A stretch of DNA of 62,683 nucleotides, the filler included, from Choristocarpus tenellus KU-1152 (Eukaryota; Protista; Phaeophyceae): NCBI GenBank assembly GCA_964200185.2. It is 10 parts of 10 records of this genome, joined end to end, with 100 filler letters (N's around TTAATTAATTAA, not from the genome) between each part and the next. Parts side by side here need not be neighbours in the genome. Positions count along the whole stretch, not along the records: positions 1 to 6,135 come from CAXNAD020008864.1; positions 6,236 to 11,385 come from CAXNAD020011702.1; positions 11,486 to 27,192 come from CAXNAD020000944.1; 7 more parts are not named here. One strand, written 5' to 3'. The notes under the pieces were generated by a model. That model did no database searches and was not told where the DNA came from. It saw nothing but the letters and a program-made list of their open reading frames with translations. The position numbers were made by a program, and so were the translations under genes. This document shows, piece after piece, positions 1 through 13,595 of this stretch (position 1 is its first letter; the number at the start of each line of letters is the position of its first letter).

Positions 1-177
1 CCAAAAGGGGGGGGGGGGGGGGGGGCGACTACACCAGGGTGTCCATTTGGGCCATAACCAGGAAACGTGCACCTACAATATCCATCCGATGCATGTAACC
101 AAATCACCCCAAAATCGCAAGATAAAAAAATTGGCCCCAAATGAACAACCGCCCCCCCCTCCCAGATACTTTGAGCC
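1..177. mobile_element. MITE family B (poly-G/poly-C subterminal tracts)
   Basis: Aligns in reverse to 34858-35037; ends CCCAGATACTTTGAGCC. Other end fragments occur at 11317, 11486-11518, 27068 (variant), 34686-34725, 49231-49286, 55003-55022 and 62663-62683. Confidence 0.8.
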
Positions 178-216
178 GGTTCCTTGTAAGAATGACTTGT
201 GCAATCCATGAGATAG

Positions 217-251
<35 letters not shown>

Positions 252-909
252 AAAAATGTATGTGAATGAAATCGAGATTTCAGGTACATGCACCCGTATC
301 ACCCAAGCAGCGTTCAGATGTGTGAGCTCCAAACTTTGAGTAATAAATAATTCACACAATGGCGGATCACTTGTAATCTGAGACGTAAAAACAAGCCGTG
401 AGGAGTAGAAGTAAAGATTAGAGGTCTATGGTGCACATTCCACAACTCTTCTGTGTGGATTGGTGGTATTAGCAAGGTTTTCATGAAAATACTCTGGTGA
501 GCATTGAGACAGCAACATCAGGTAAGTACGTCATTAGGAGCCTTCCATAGATGGCATTCTTGAACTATTGGGGATGGCATTCTTCAGCCTCCTGTAAGTC
601 GAACAATTTGTCCCCTTGCAAAAAGTGTAAATAACAAAAAGTGAAATAACTTGAACAAAATATGAGAAGGAGTTCGTCCAGTGAGAGAGTGAAGGAAGAA
701 ATGTTAGACATACTCTTCCGAACAGAAGGAAGCAAAGAGCCATTTGTGCCACACAATGGGCCTCGGTTGATCCTACTGAAAGAGTACTAAGCAATGATTC
801 TGGATTCAGGAAGGTAGACTTCGCTGTCTACAACTTTCGAAAAATGCTTTCTTCCCCTGCATCAGGCCCGAGCTTCTGCAGTCAGTTCACGGCAAAGAAT
901 GAACGGGGT

Positions 910-3900
910 CTACGAGTTGATGACCATCTTGAGCAAGCTGCTGATTTTCACATCATTAGCAGCAATTTTGGCCTTGATTCCGTGTATCTTGAGGACCGAC
1001 TCCTTTAGCTGTTCCTCCACATCCCCCACCTGCATCCGCAGTGGCTGCAGGGCTGCCTCTGTTTCCTCTCGCTCTGTTGCAAGTGCATTAGACTGATATT
1101 TCATTGACGCACCAGAAAGGAATCAATTGTGGGTAAGAACATTTTGGGGGTGGGGTGGGGGAGGAGTTCCCAAACGAATTTCTTGCAGAGGGGTATGCAG
1201 TTCCAAGGGAAAATCTGGAAGGATCGCCCATTGCATAAAAAAACATATCTTGGTGAAAGCATCAGACTATTACCTACAAATAGTTTCAAATTCTTAATTG
1301 ATGGGGAAGGGAATGTTTTCCTTGTAATCATTTTGTTACTCTGGGGTGATAGTTAGGGTGAATTCGCCATGAAACCTACCCTACCTTTCCCTCTTTATCG
1401 ACATATAGAACTGTGGCAACTTTTCACTTTTTGAAGACAGCAGCAAGACTGATAGCTAAGAATGGCATGGTTGAGCCATGACTGGAGATGCAAAACAAAG
1501 GCTCATGCTTACTTTGAGCTTGTATAAGGCTTGCCATCTGTTCATCTCTGCTGACATCAAGGCTAGATCCTCATGGACATAGTCCATACACTTCCCTGTA
1601 CCAACATACGCACAAACAAGAGTCAAGCAGAGGAGGGTGATGTGTGTGTCTCTGTCAAAAAAAAATTGTCCAGCTGATGGGGTAGGGAATGGTTAGAGAA
1701 CCTTAGAGGGAAGGAAGAAAGTTCAAGGACTTCCAACCCTTCATCATGAGTGTTTGTATCTTGGGTAGCCAAAACTTTGAGTCCTCCTTGATGGCTAACT
1801 GCACCACACTGAATGCAAAACATGACTCCACATTGATAATCCTGGAATAAATGTTGTGTTGATGGCGTCATGCGAGGGGAAAAATTGAGTGGGACCACTG
1901 TAGCCTAGGAGGTGTGTGTATGTATACATATGCCTGAATTGAGAGAGTTGGAAACAATAAGGAACCAGAATCTTTCACGGAAATAGTTTTTTAATCCCAG
2001 CACAACTACAGCCCATCCTCTACAACTACACATTGCTGCGTCACATACCTGACAATATTCGACTATCACCTATTCCACTAGTGTCATCTGCAGTCAACCT
2101 GTAGGGGCATGAACACTATTTCTAAACATCAAACCAACTACACAGAGCGGCAGAGGGTATGAGACTGATATAAACAAGCAGCCAGCAGTACGACACTTTC
2201 AAGGCTCAAAGTAGTAAACAGTACTGAGAAGTGTGAAGTGTAAGAGTGTAGTAATTTAGTGATCCTACCCTCCCAACATCTGCAACAGCTCTATTGGAGT
2301 AGCAAAGCCGAGCACCACTATTTATCCACAAAACATTTGTTGGGGCCCTACTGGGTACCTGGCCTATGTTGGTCCCGTAGAACTGTGTTTGTGTAGAGAC
2401 AAAGTGTACGCATTCTGAAATATGGGGTGTTCTGGGTCCATCCATCTTAGGACTTATCAGACATCGGATACAATTATCCAACACAGCTTGACATTCAGCA
2501 ACAGTGGCATTTGCATACCTTCCTAGTCGGAGCCAATGCCATGGTTGAGAGATTGTGGACTACCTTGAATAAAAGGCGTGTAGACTGCTAGAAATAGGCT
2601 ATATGCCAGACTGAGGTAATAAGGCATCCTTGTCTCCCCTCAACATGTCATAACCCCTCGATACACACAGTTACCAATCTTGGCAGCAATCACGGCGCAT
2701 CCCAATTCTATACGCCGTATTATTTGGCAGGGTCGTTAGAGTCACCAACACCTATATTTCTCACTTACCCAGGGGATTTGTACTTTGACAGAGGACTTGA
2801 ATGCCCTCTCGCAAGCAGAGGACATCACTCTCAGAGTAGCCACCGGTCACACCCCCTCTGCTCCCTCTCCGTGAGTCACCCGTGCCACTACTCCCAATTG
2901 ATCCAGATCTCTTTAGTCTCCCCATCCGAATGCCACCACCTCCACCCTCCTCGCCACCCTTCTTGTCTTCCCTGCCCTATGAAGGGTTGGATGAAAAACA
3001 AGAGTCTAACGGTGCTTGTTTGGCCTTGAATAAGATACAGTGAAGAATTCGGTATGGTTTCTATGTATCGGTAGGGAGAGCAGACCCAATAACTCTTTGG
3101 TTTCTGCCGTTGCACAAAGGCAAGATAGAACTTCTAGAGGCAGAAAAACAAATGCTACTAGAATGCCGCCAGTGCATTTTCCCCTGGTATTTCCACAGTA
3201 AAGGCGGTGACTTGGGTTTTAACTGGCCCAATCTGTGGACCACTACCTCACCAGTTGCTTGCACTCTCAGAGTGATCATCTCAATCTTCAAGTCTCTCCT
3301 TGAACCTGTGACCTGAAACCCGCACTATTATCCTACCATTGTAAAGAGAGATAGGGTCCTTACCCTCTTCTTACTTTGGAGATTCCGGATCGTAGACAGA
3401 CATGGCAGGTTTTGAAGCCCTGGCCTCTCATTTGTGAAGTATTGAGATACAACCGCATTGGTGCAGTAATGAGTCGAACAACTTCTACTAGCTACCTGGT
3501 TCTACAATGCTATCTCAATATCTTACACTCACTGCCAATGGGACAAGGCTAGGGTTAATGCGACTAGGACAGATGCTCCGCTCCAGGAAGATCTTAGGAC
3601 ATGCTATGCCTGTGGGCATGACTCTAAGAATATGGCAATGGTATTAATAGGCATATCGTTCGAACCTCTAACTTTTAATTCAAGGTGTTGCTGATGCAGT
3701 ATCCATGACAGTAGTGTGCAAGCACTGATATTGCCATCTTGAATGGCAAAGCGAACAATCTTATTCATATCACAGAGAATACAAATTCTTCTACCTGTAG
3801 CATCCTCAAATAGTCTCCATCTATTGTATATAGAACATGCTACTTCCAAAGACACACTCTCCCATCTCACTTCATCCCTAGCCTTGGCTTTTGCTTGTGC

Positions 3901-5463
3901 TGCTGCATCCTTAGCTTGCCTATCCTTCTCCTTGAGGATGTCCTGCACCATAGCTGTATGTCCCCCCTCAGACACAGCATTCTCTCCCTTGCTCTGGCCC
4001 CTGCCCCCTCCTAACCCCAAAGGGTCGGCCAGACCCATGACCCCCTGATCCTGCCCATCCTCCTGGTCACTGTCATCCTGATTTTTAACATTTGTTCAGG
4101 GAGTGGTAATATGTGGCTTGTGCATAGTGGATCATGGTACCTATTGCTGTCAGAGGATGGTAAAATAGTTGGAAGTCTTAAAACTAATGTCTCAAGAACA
4201 TAGTCATTATACAAAATTTAAAGGATAGGAGGCAAGGCAATCTCTTTCTCCCTCTAGTTTGCTCAGTCAACCCCTATTGTGGTGTTAATACCAACAGGTA
4301 CTTCAGCCAACACAAAAAAATCAAGGGAATATCTCACAGGACCTGTGAACCAGTGGTCCTACCTGTACTGCACATGTCTCTATATAGCCTCCACCTCCAC
4401 TAGGCCCAGCCTCTCCAGTATATTATCTGTCCGTATATATATATATATATATGGATGAATCATACAGTCTGTCTATCCCATTCAATCTTCATAAGGTTCT
4501 ACCACCCCAGGCTATACCTTCCACAAACACTCCATCTCAGAGTACCTTTTTTTGTCTATAATTTAAAGGATAGGAGGCAAGAGAAGTGCAGAGGTGGTAA
4601 TAGGGGCAAAACAGGCCTATGGAGAGAGGGGATAGTATGAGGATGACATTAGTATTTCAAATTTGGGTTGGAAGGGAAGGTGTCAAGACAGTGGTGTTGG
4701 GGGAAACAGAGGGGTGTAGATGGGCTCACCATGTAGGGGGAACAGAGGAGTGTAGATGGGCTCACTATATTGGGAAAAAAAAGGTGTGAGGGTGCAAGGG
4801 GTGTTGATTGGTACGACTCTCTGAGCACACACCAAGTGGTTGGGGCGACTTGCTTGAAATGCACAATTGCTTCACCAGTGTAAATTTCCCATCAGCTACA
4901 TTGAAATACTGCAAGTATACTACCCCTCCTTCTCACTATCACAACTACAAATATCCATACGCATAGTACTTGGGGTACCTAGACACATGCTCATGAGCAA
5001 AGGAGTGTACGAACTATATACTCAAGGATGCATATCAATATGGATCCGATCATCTAGAAAATTTATGCTTGACAGTACGTCTAATCCATATAACAGGCAC
5101 TGGTGTCATCATTTCCCACAATCAATGTTAAACAACAACTGTGTCCACAAACCTGGAAACTCTACCTTCAAAATAGACTAGAATATAGTCTGACCTTGTA
5201 TGTATCCCTCCACTGATAGATCTTAGCAAAGCCTCTGACTAATAATCTCCCTAGAAAGATTGAAGTGCTTTAAGACTAGGGTCTACTTAGGTGTTTTGGC
5301 AAAGCATGTGCTCACCTTATCATCTCCTTCCATCATAATCCCAGAAGTCCTTTTGTGGACTGCTCTGGAGTCTCCCCCTCCAATGCCGTTTCCAATGCTT
5401 CCTACACGCCCATCAAGTCCGCCATCAAAGGCTTTGGTGTTGTCCTTGACTGGAGGTGGGCGC
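910..5463 (-). CDS. IFT54: IFT54 / TRAF3IP1 (MIP-T3) intraflagellar transport protein, 3' part, 5 exons
   Basis: GT-AG exons 5316-5463, 3871-4077, 2769-2976, 1513-1595 and 910-1092 join with compatible phases. They give RPPPVKDN...GIMMEGDD...GHTAMVQDIL...GIRMGRL...IQVLCQSTNPLGKCMDYVHEDL...EAALQPLRMQVGDVEEQLKE...KIAANDVKISSLLKMVINS*, the MIP-T3 C-terminal coiled coil. 5' exons not found. Confidence 0.88.
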
Positions 5464-6063
5464 CTTTCAAAGTATGAAGGGAAGGCAGTAGGAAGGGGCA
5501 ACAGGGAAGAGATGACGGGGTTGGGGTATTATGATGGGTTGGTCTTTGGTGCCAGGAGGTCCTGCTGATATGTACCTCAGAGTCAGAAGTGGAGTTCTAC
5601 ACGTTGTTGTAACAGTCAATTTCTGGACTAGAACGGCGTGCTTGAGTTATGGATCAGGAATGGAGAATGAAATGTACCGCAAAAGTAGGGTTACCCATAT
5701 AGGCAATGTTTCTGTTGACCTTGAAACTACAAGAGTGTTATCGTTATTCCTGGGGCAGGACAGATATGCAAAAAATAAAAAAATCTTTGACTGCAGATGA
5801 AGGCAGACAACATAAAAACATGAACAAGAGATGAAAAACAACTGAGAATGAGATTCTCGACACATAATCAATGTAGTTTGAATTCGTATTTCCACGGCAA
5901 GGGTTAGGATTAGGGAACTTAACGGGGCCATTTTCCTTGAGTAAAGGGAAAGCAAAGAAGTATCCAGTGACAAATAGGAGGATGGCGTTTACTTTGTTGA
6001 TAATTGTTATTGAAATGAGAGCCTTTCATCATTCGAATTCATCCACACATTGCCCCCCCAAAA

Positions 6064-6135
6064 GAGTGAAAGTATCTTAGAGGGTACGAGTTTTGCCCTG
6101 TTTGTCCATTTGGGGCTTGACTTCCCATGGGTTCT
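6064..6135. mobile_element. MITE family A, truncated at contig end
   Basis: GAGTGAAAGTATCTTAGAGGGTACGAGTTTTGCCC terminus. Confidence 0.8.
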
Positions 6136-6235
6136 NNNNNNNNNNNNNNNNNNNNNNNNNNNNNNNNNNNNNNNNNNNNTTAATTAATTAANNNNNNNNN
6201 NNNNNNNNNNNNNNNNNNNNNNNNNNNNNNNNNNN
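6136..6235. other. Artificial contig linker N44-TTAATTAATTAA-N44
   Basis: Identical 100-bp blocks also at 11386, 27193, 30831, 34586, 38251, 41922, 49131 and 54903. The core gives stops in all six frames. Confidence 0.97.
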
Positions 6236-6979
6236 ATGTGTTACAAGTCCAACAACTTGCCCAAGAAAATAGATAAATGCAGATCGGCGTATCTGACAGG
6301 GTGGGGGGGGGGGGCAGATCGCAACAAACGATATCTCGGGCATGACTGAGATATTCGTACAAAGAGGTCGGTCATCATATAATGTCAATACTTGTATGCG
6401 CTCAGTGGTAGCCTCTTCTTCTACTTGGCAACGATAGCAATAAAAATTTTTTAATAATGTGGGAAAATAACACCTCTTCTCAGTCAGTCAGCAATCCATA
6501 ATGACATTGAGACGCCGCCCCGAAAAAAATTACTTCGAAGTACTATTATTTTCTACCACTGCCACCATCGACAGTCAAACGACTCCACCTACCGCACTAA
6601 TTATTCAAGCAAGCAAGCCAACGCAGGGCATACATGTACACGACGATCAAACGAAATCGTTGCCGCCCCCCACACACTGTCCTACTACCACCTTCGTTGG
6701 GATGGATTCCCATTTGTAGCGGGGCCTTCCAAAAGTGATGCAACATTAATTAAAAAAACTTATGTGCACTTTCCGAACACCAATCTGCGTCTTGCTCATC
6801 CTCAATAAAAAGCTCCATCCTCAATTTTGATGATCGGCTGTTCTGTGGAGGTGAGTTTGGGGGCGCGCTGTATCAGGTTGTGGAGTGGTGTTGAGTGGTG
6901 TGGGGTGAGTGGAGTGGGAATTGCTGTGGGGTTGAGGGGAGTGGTAACTTGTGTGGGGTTGAAGGGTGGGGGGGGTAAC

Positions 6980-7135
6980 TGGAAATCAGGGGCGAAGGGG
7001 TTGCACTGGTTGGTCATCAAATGTGGGGGATGGCTGGAAATCAGTGGCGAAGGGGGTTCGCACTAGTTGGTCATCAGATATGGGGGGTAAATAGGAAACC
7101 AGTGGTGAAGGGGTCGCAATAGGCTGGTCAGAAGA
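6980..7135. repeat. Diverged ~55-58 bp tandem repeat, 3 copies
   Basis: GGAAA(T/C)CAG(G/T)GG(C/T)GAAGGGG...TGGTCA occurs three times. Confidence 0.7.
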
Positions 7136-7181
7136 GGGTATACATGGAGAAGGAAACGAATGGAAAAATAGGGGAATGGCA

Positions 7182-7284
7182 AACAAGGAATAGGTTAATA
7201 ATAATAATTATCCAGAATTCGTGATCAAAACAAATTGCAACATTGGATATTGGCCCCCAAATGGAGGCGGCTCTACCCTCTAAG
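7182..7284. mobile_element. MITE family A, decayed fragment
   Basis: ...CCCCCAAATGGAGGCGGCTCTACCCTCTAAG matches one arm of family A. Confidence 0.6.
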
Positions 7285-8055
7285 TTTTGTAATTTTGAAC
7301 AGAACAGAGGAGGAGATAAGACTCATTAGACAATAAGACACTATAAATAACACAACAAACATACAGGTGGTACATCAATTTTGCACTTTTGGGAATATTG
7401 TACATTTAAGGAACGTGCACGATGATACAAGATGCGACCAATTAGGAACGTGTACGATGATACTAGGTTTTAAGAGAGTGGTGTAGTATTGGTGGTACTC
7501 AAATAGTAAATAAATAATCACTGTTTAATATATTTGTAACTGTTTCTTCGAACCGATCACACAAAGGGAACTTCTTCACTTTTCTGTATTTTAGGTCAAA
7601 ATATGATGGTTCTGATTATACATATTATTCATAGAATTGTCAAATTTAGGATCGAACCAAAATGACAAATAGTAAGGATATTTTAATTTTGTTGGAGAAT
7701 TCCTACCGTCAATAGAAGTTCTAGGATATTTGAAGGTGTGCCTTTTCAAAAATATATAGTTATCCTAATTTCCAATGACGATGCTTTGAATCAATATGCT
7801 ATAAATAAATCAAGATTTATGCGAAAAAATTGAAAGGGATTGTTTGTAGGAAAGGGTCACAATTGACGTATTGCAACGTAGACACACACCACTATCAATC
7901 AATAAATATCACAATATTGATTAGATGGGGGAGTATTAGGATTCAAACATAACCCCCTACCTTTCATTGGACATCTCTGCCTATTTTCATCAGGTGGGAG
8001 ACCTATGTTCCCACTATCCTAGAGGAAATCGTCCCAGACTTATCTCCCTCTACTG

Positions 8056-9354
8056 ATGTTGGTCCCCTCTCATCAACCTTCTGTAAAGGAGGATGTAGAT
8101 GTGGTGCAACCACTGAAGGTTGCACACCGAGATCGGCTGATCGAGGCTGAAGACACCACTCCCCTTCATCGACCTGAGCCCAGAGGCCGTGTAAAAGTGG
8201 TGGAGGAACCGCGAGAAGGAAGGAAAATTCAAAGTCGAAGGACGAAAGATGATGACAGCGCCCTCTTCATTGCTGCTGAAAGGGGTTATATGAATGTGGT
8301 GCGGGGTCTTCTTGCACAGGGTGTCCATCATGAAACAAGATCGAAGATCGGTGCTACACCTCTCTACGTTGCTGCTGGGTGTGGGCACATAGACGTGGTA
8401 CTAGAGCTGCTCAAATTCGGCGCGTTTCATAGCGCAAGAACGAACGATGGAGCTACCCCTATTTCCATTGCGGCTCAGCAAGGACACGTTGATATCGTGG
8501 AGGTCCTTCTTGAGGCTGGGGCAGACCAACTAGCAAAAATGAAAACTGGCTCGACACCTCTCATCTTAGCCGCCTTTCATGGGCATGTGGAGGTGGTGAG
8601 GGTGCTGATGTTGGCAAGGTTGGATGGTGGACAAAATTCGGTGGACGTTAACGAGGCTCTCGTTGTGGCCACCTTGCAAGGGCATGTAAGGGTAGTACAA
8701 GAGTTCTTGGGTATTGCTGGTGTTGATGGTGGTGTAAAAATGGAGGATGGTGTTACCCCTTTACACATTGCATCAAGAGAAGGTCACTTGGACGTGGTGC
8801 GCGTACTGCTAGAGGCTGGGATGGACTGCAACGAACGGAGGTCGGACGGGGTGACCCCTCTGCATATTGCTTCGTGCGAGGGGCATTTAGATGTGGTTCG
8901 GGAGTTGCTTGGAGCTGGGGCACACCATGATGTTTTGAACGAAATAGGTGCCACACCCCTTTGCGATGCGATACTGGGTGGTCACGCGCTAGTGGTGCAC
9001 GAACTGCTTGTGGCAGGAGCAAACCCGACTCAAGTGACTGTGTGGGATGATGGATCCTTCCTACACCCAACAACCAATTGTGACGGTCAATTGTCACTGG
9101 AACCACTGCCTGATGAATGCCAAAACTTGGACTCTGGAGATCGTGATAATGAAGATGCCGGTTTCGCAGCTGCAACAAACAAACGGATCGAAGAGATGAT
9201 AATCAGGGCTCCTTCCCTCCGTTCCAGCTCCTGGAAGTGGCCCATTGCTATAGATGATTCTTCATTCCTCCCCAAGCCAGAGTTGAAAGTTTTTCCCTTG
9301 ATGATCTTCACGGAGGGGACCCACGCGAGGAACATGAAGAGTATGTGTGGGTGA
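8056..9354 (+). CDS. Ankyrin-repeat protein (432-aa ORF; may splice onward from a GT at 9351)
   Basis: About 8 repeats of G.TPL..AA..GH..VV..LL..GA. The C-terminal RSSSWKWP resembles the 'RARSWxWP' tail of brown-algal ankyrin proteins. The ORF ends in TGTGG|GTGAGT, a strong donor site. Confidence 0.85.
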   Translation: MLVPSHQPSVKEDVDVVQPLKVAHRDRLIEAEDTTPLHRPEPRGRVKVVEEPREGRKIQSRRTKDDDSALFIAAERGYMNVVRGLLAQGVHHETRSKIGATPLYVAAGCGHIDVVLELLKFGAFHSARTNDGATPISIAAQQGHVDIVEVLLEAGADQLAKMKTGSTPLILAAFHGHVEVVRVLMLARLDGGQNSVDVNEALVVATLQGHVRVVQEFLGIAGVDGGVKMEDGVTPLHIASREGHLDVVRVLLEAGMDCNERRSDGVTPLHIASCEGHLDVVRELLGAGAHHDVLNEIGATPLCDAILGGHALVVHELLVAGANPTQVTVWDDGSFLHPTTNCDGQLSLEPLPDECQNLDSGDRDNEDAGFAAATNKRIEEMIIRAPSLRSSSWKWPIAIDDSSFLPKPELKVFPLMIFTEGTHARNMKSMCG

Positions 9355-10382
9355 GTTCTTACGATATGATAGGGTGCAATTGCTCGATATGTACGCAATA
9401 TTTGATATTGCGCCCCTCTCTGTTATGTTGTAGACCAACCCAATAATAATATTTCGATTGGGTGGAGAAATACTGAGGTTCAGGGCTACTTGTCACTACA
9501 TTGTACAGTCGTTTGTGGAACCTTTTTTTTAACGTCCTCCGCCCAAAATGTTGTTACTGAGCTGCTGATCAAAGTAATATGCTATTCTGTTGTGTTTATG
9601 CCATTGATCAGTAGAACATGTCAAAATTGGACACTGCTGGTTTTGCTTTGTTCTGACCTTCTTTCCCTCTTGCAAACAGTTATTGTGTTATTGTTTGCAT
9701 ACAAATAAAAGCATGCATTATTACCCGATTACATTTTGGAAAGAGAACTCTGCTACCTGTATGCTGGTTGCAAGGATGGTTGTTTGTAGACTGCAACTAG
9801 TGAGAAGGGAAATATGGTCAACATCCTTGCATTGTTGTTATAATTTGAACCCTGTTAGTGTAATGTTTCCTCATTACTTGGAAGAATAATGCAATACCTT
9901 ACGACAGTAATATTTGAACTTCTCAGGTCAAAACGCTTCTCCTTTTTTCTTAAGTTTTTTGTTGCATTGATTGCATCCATCCTGTGGTCTGTTAGATCAT
10001 TGTAGTGTGTGACATCAGGTCTAAGATTTTCCCATATATTTGTCTTCTAACAATGGACCCATTTACAGATATCTGGACAAGAGCTGATCGAGTTTGAGTT
10101 TTGGTGTCACAAGGAAGGAATACTCAATCTGCACCCCCCCTGTTCATGGCTTTGTATGGGCAAGGGTGCTGGCTGAAATACCAAGCAGCTGCATTGACAC
10201 CAAGGAGTTCAGCTCACCACCTTACAATAGATAAGAGTAAAGCGCAAGGGAGCAGATCTGCTCCCATACGTCAACTCTATGTATATTGATAGGAAGTATA
10301 TTATTTACTCATACTTGATTAATTTAACTATAGCTCTGCTGCTCAATTGTACTTGAAGAGGAGCATGGTAGTTCTGTCGTTT

Positions 10383-10614
10383 TGTTACGATCATGTCGGT
10401 AAGTGCTCAGGTTACGTTCTGGTTCTGATGCTTGGTTAGAGTTCCCACTCAAGCAGTCCTGCTTGTCTTGCCCAGGACTCACCAGATGTCTCCCTTTGGT
10501 TTAGTTTCTACTTCATGCTTGTATATGCTTGACTGACCAAACCAGTGTGTATGTTCATGCTAAGCTGGCCCACATGGGACAGCATGTTGATCTACTGCTG
10601 CCACTATCGTAACA
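10383..10614. mobile_element. Probable Gypsy-type LTR remnant
   Basis: 9-bp perfect inverted ends TGTTACGAT...ATCGTAACA; no matching TSD. Confidence 0.4.
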
Positions 10615-12337
10615 CGCCACAAAAATGCTAGTGTCACCTACCGAATGCTAAGAGTCACTTTTGACCATGCTGCCCCAGTCTTTTTTGATTTTATCAACCT
10701 TCACCCACAGCAGAATATCTTGATGCCCAACCTTTCAGTCTCCATATTTGTGGCTATTGCCAAGTCCAAGAAGGGAAACTCTTGCACATTCAAAAGATTT
10801 AGTTTTCTCGTTAGGATAATGTGTAGGCCTTCACTTGCTTTTATTCACCAATTGGCCTATTCATAGCCAGGATGATTCAACATTAATTGGCAGGGTAGGG
10901 ATCGTTTCCTCTTGTGTGCATTGTGCGATAAAACTCCTTGGGGTGATGCATTGCCCTTCCAGTTCTTTGATAAAGCTACATACAAAACCCTCGAAGAATC
11001 AAGGTTTGTGGTAGAAATTGTAGAAATTGTATCTGTAGCACAGGTAGGCACATCAGTAGACTTTGAAATGTTCATAGTAAACTGCCTGGACTTGGAGTTA
11101 CGACAACCAAGACAAACAAACACGAGGGTGTGTATGTTGACTTTTGACATCAGCTGGTTGATGTTGGAGGACTGTGTTTGGTTAGATGCTGAGTCCGATT
11201 TGGCAAAGCCGTGAGTTGAGAATTCCCATGATTGAGGAGAAAATTAAGTACAGCACATGGACTGTAACACAAGTGCGACTCTCTTCAAGCAAACTCAATA
11301 TTCTAGCTTGTGATATGGGTCAAAGTATCTGGGGGAGGGGGGGGGGGGGGGGGGGGGGAGAAGGGAAGAGAAAACGTGTGAACTCNNNNNNNNNNNNNNN
11401 NNNNNNNNNNNNNNNNNNNNNNNNNNNNNTTAATTAATTAANNNNNNNNNNNNNNNNNNNNNNNNNNNNNNNNNNNNNNNNNNNNCCCCCCCCCCCCCCC
11501 CCCCAGATATTTTGAGCCATTTCCACGACGATAATAGCTACCATTGCCTCCTTGCCCTGGGTCGCCCCCTCTCTTGCTGTACAGTTGATCCAGCAGTGCC
11601 ATGGGGCCACCACAAGTTCTTTTGGAAAACAGGTTAAACATGTTGATTATGAATTCACTTGCCAGATCTGATGTTCTTCCCCAGGTATACCCTGTTCTCT
11701 GACTAGCTCTTCTCTGGCTTCCCATCAACCCCTGACAACGTCTTCCTTGGCCTCTGCCCCCAATTTACTTGGGATTACTCCTTCTCCACTTTTCTCTCTA
11801 TGGCTTGTAGATCTCCAATTCCTATAGCCTCATACAACTTCCTCTACTTCCACTTCCTCTGTTCCTCAATCTTTAGTACCTGACATTTTACTCTGTTCAA
11901 GATGGCACATATGCAATTTGCAGGAATGAGTTGATCTATTCTAGAAGGGGAATGCCGTCTTGTTGAATTTTCATGAGCAATTTCTATTCTTCCTGGAATG
12001 CAGTCTACTGTTCTTGTTCTCCCCTTACGCATTACCTCTTGTCTCTTAACTGGATTGAATCACATCGAGAGCAAGGCCGTTCATACCTCTTTGCAGTTAC
12101 TGAATATTGATTGGGAGGTGTAAGGGAAAACCTCACGCTAACCCTACCTGCTTCTTGAACTCACTATCCTCATTTGAAACCTTATCGAGGCCCCCCTCCA
12201 AATCATTCCACAATTCAGCATTTTCGTCACTAATTTTGGATCTTGGGACTGATCCAAGTGCCGTAAACATAGCCAGGTATCTATACCTTACAGTAGTAGG
12301 AGGTATAGGAACTTGATATCTTCTACTTCGAAGTACT

Positions 12338-12586
12338 GAGTGAAAGTATCTTACGGGGTGCGAGTTTTGCCCTATTTGTCCATTTGTGGTTTGGCTCCCC
12401 ATGGGTATTTTTTATGACATTTTCCTTCTCCAAAATATGTCAGAGAAGGTAAAATGTGTATGCTATGAGGAACAAGGATATTGACACACTTCCTAACAAC
12501 ACGATCGCTAAAATTACATCAAAATTGCAACAATGGATTTTGACCCCTAATTGGACGCAGCCCTACCCTCTAAGATACTTTGGCTC
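12338..12586. mobile_element. MITE family A
   Basis: TIRs GAGTGAAAGTATCTTAC.../...CTCTAAGATACTTTGGCTC; flanks TACT/TAGT. Confidence 0.85.
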
Positions 12587-13247
12587 TAGTAGCAATGACA
12601 AATGGATAGATAGTCCATACTTTCAGAAGTATTGTGTGGACATGAGTTGTCAAGTCTGAGATTCCTCAGATCTAGTTCAGCTTTGAGATGGATATCACAA
12701 GTACATTTACTTGTAGGATATTGATTCTTGTGGCACCAACACGGTGTTTGAATACACGATGCTTAAGAGATGTACTCTATGGAACCAAGTTGCCATCACC
12801 TGAGTTTCCAAAACAGAAGTTTAGTCTTTAATGATAGTTTATGTTCCCTTGGTGAAAAGCACTGTTAAACGCAGTAGGACAAGGCTATCTGTCCACACTA
12901 GACACCACAAGTGTAAAAAGCAACAAACTAGATCGTCTTTGACTCCAAGTCATTCCACCATTACCCAGAGGATAACAGACAAAAATACTCTATAACTGCG
13001 TTTGACTATGGAAAGAAACAAGTATCAAGCATACAGAACACCGCATTGAGATTTTTGTCGTCTCCTTTCTTCGGGACCCTAACAGGATAGATTAACACAC
13101 ATTAAAACCTCTAGTATCTCCCAGTCTTCCCTATCAAGCACAACGCACCCTGCGGTACAAACCCTTCTTTGGTCCAGTCAGACACACCACCACTTTCGAT
13201 TTTGTCAATCACCTCAGCTCTTGCAATCCTGATCAATGGCATTGCCA

Positions 13248-13595
13248 TGTTCGTAGATAGTGCTGCTGATACACTATAGACACCACTGGTGGATTATGTG
13301 ATAGGGTAGAGAGCTGACTCATAGTGTTGATTGGTTATATCATGTTCAAGATACACTTCCTATACTTAAGATAAGTAAATAAGTAATTCATAGTAAATTA
13401 GTGTGGACGATTACAAACCCCACACTGTAGAATAATGATGGTAGTTAAGGCTAGAGTCTCACCCACGAGTTCAGTCAGCGGAATCGAGACCACTAGCCCC
13501 TTGTAATACCAACATTGTTCATCTACATTAAGCTGTTCTTTGTCCTTCATTAAAGTACCATAAAGGCCGCGGGTCCAGTGTGGGATAGTTCAACA
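13248..13595. mobile_element. Solo LTR (same family as 44660-45028)
   Basis: TGTTCG...TTCAACA ends; TSD TGCCA/TGTCA; both ends align to 44660-45028. Confidence 0.75.

Noticed and set aside
6180-6191. TTAATTAATTAA as a biological motif
   Set aside because: It is always centred in identical N blocks, so it is an assembly linker.
6064-7284. One family A element spanning the linker
   Set aside because: The two halves lie on different contigs with unrelated sequence between them.
10900-11316. Ulp1-like protease relic
   Set aside because: Only a vague WL.D / W..V resemblance; catalytic residues cannot be identified.
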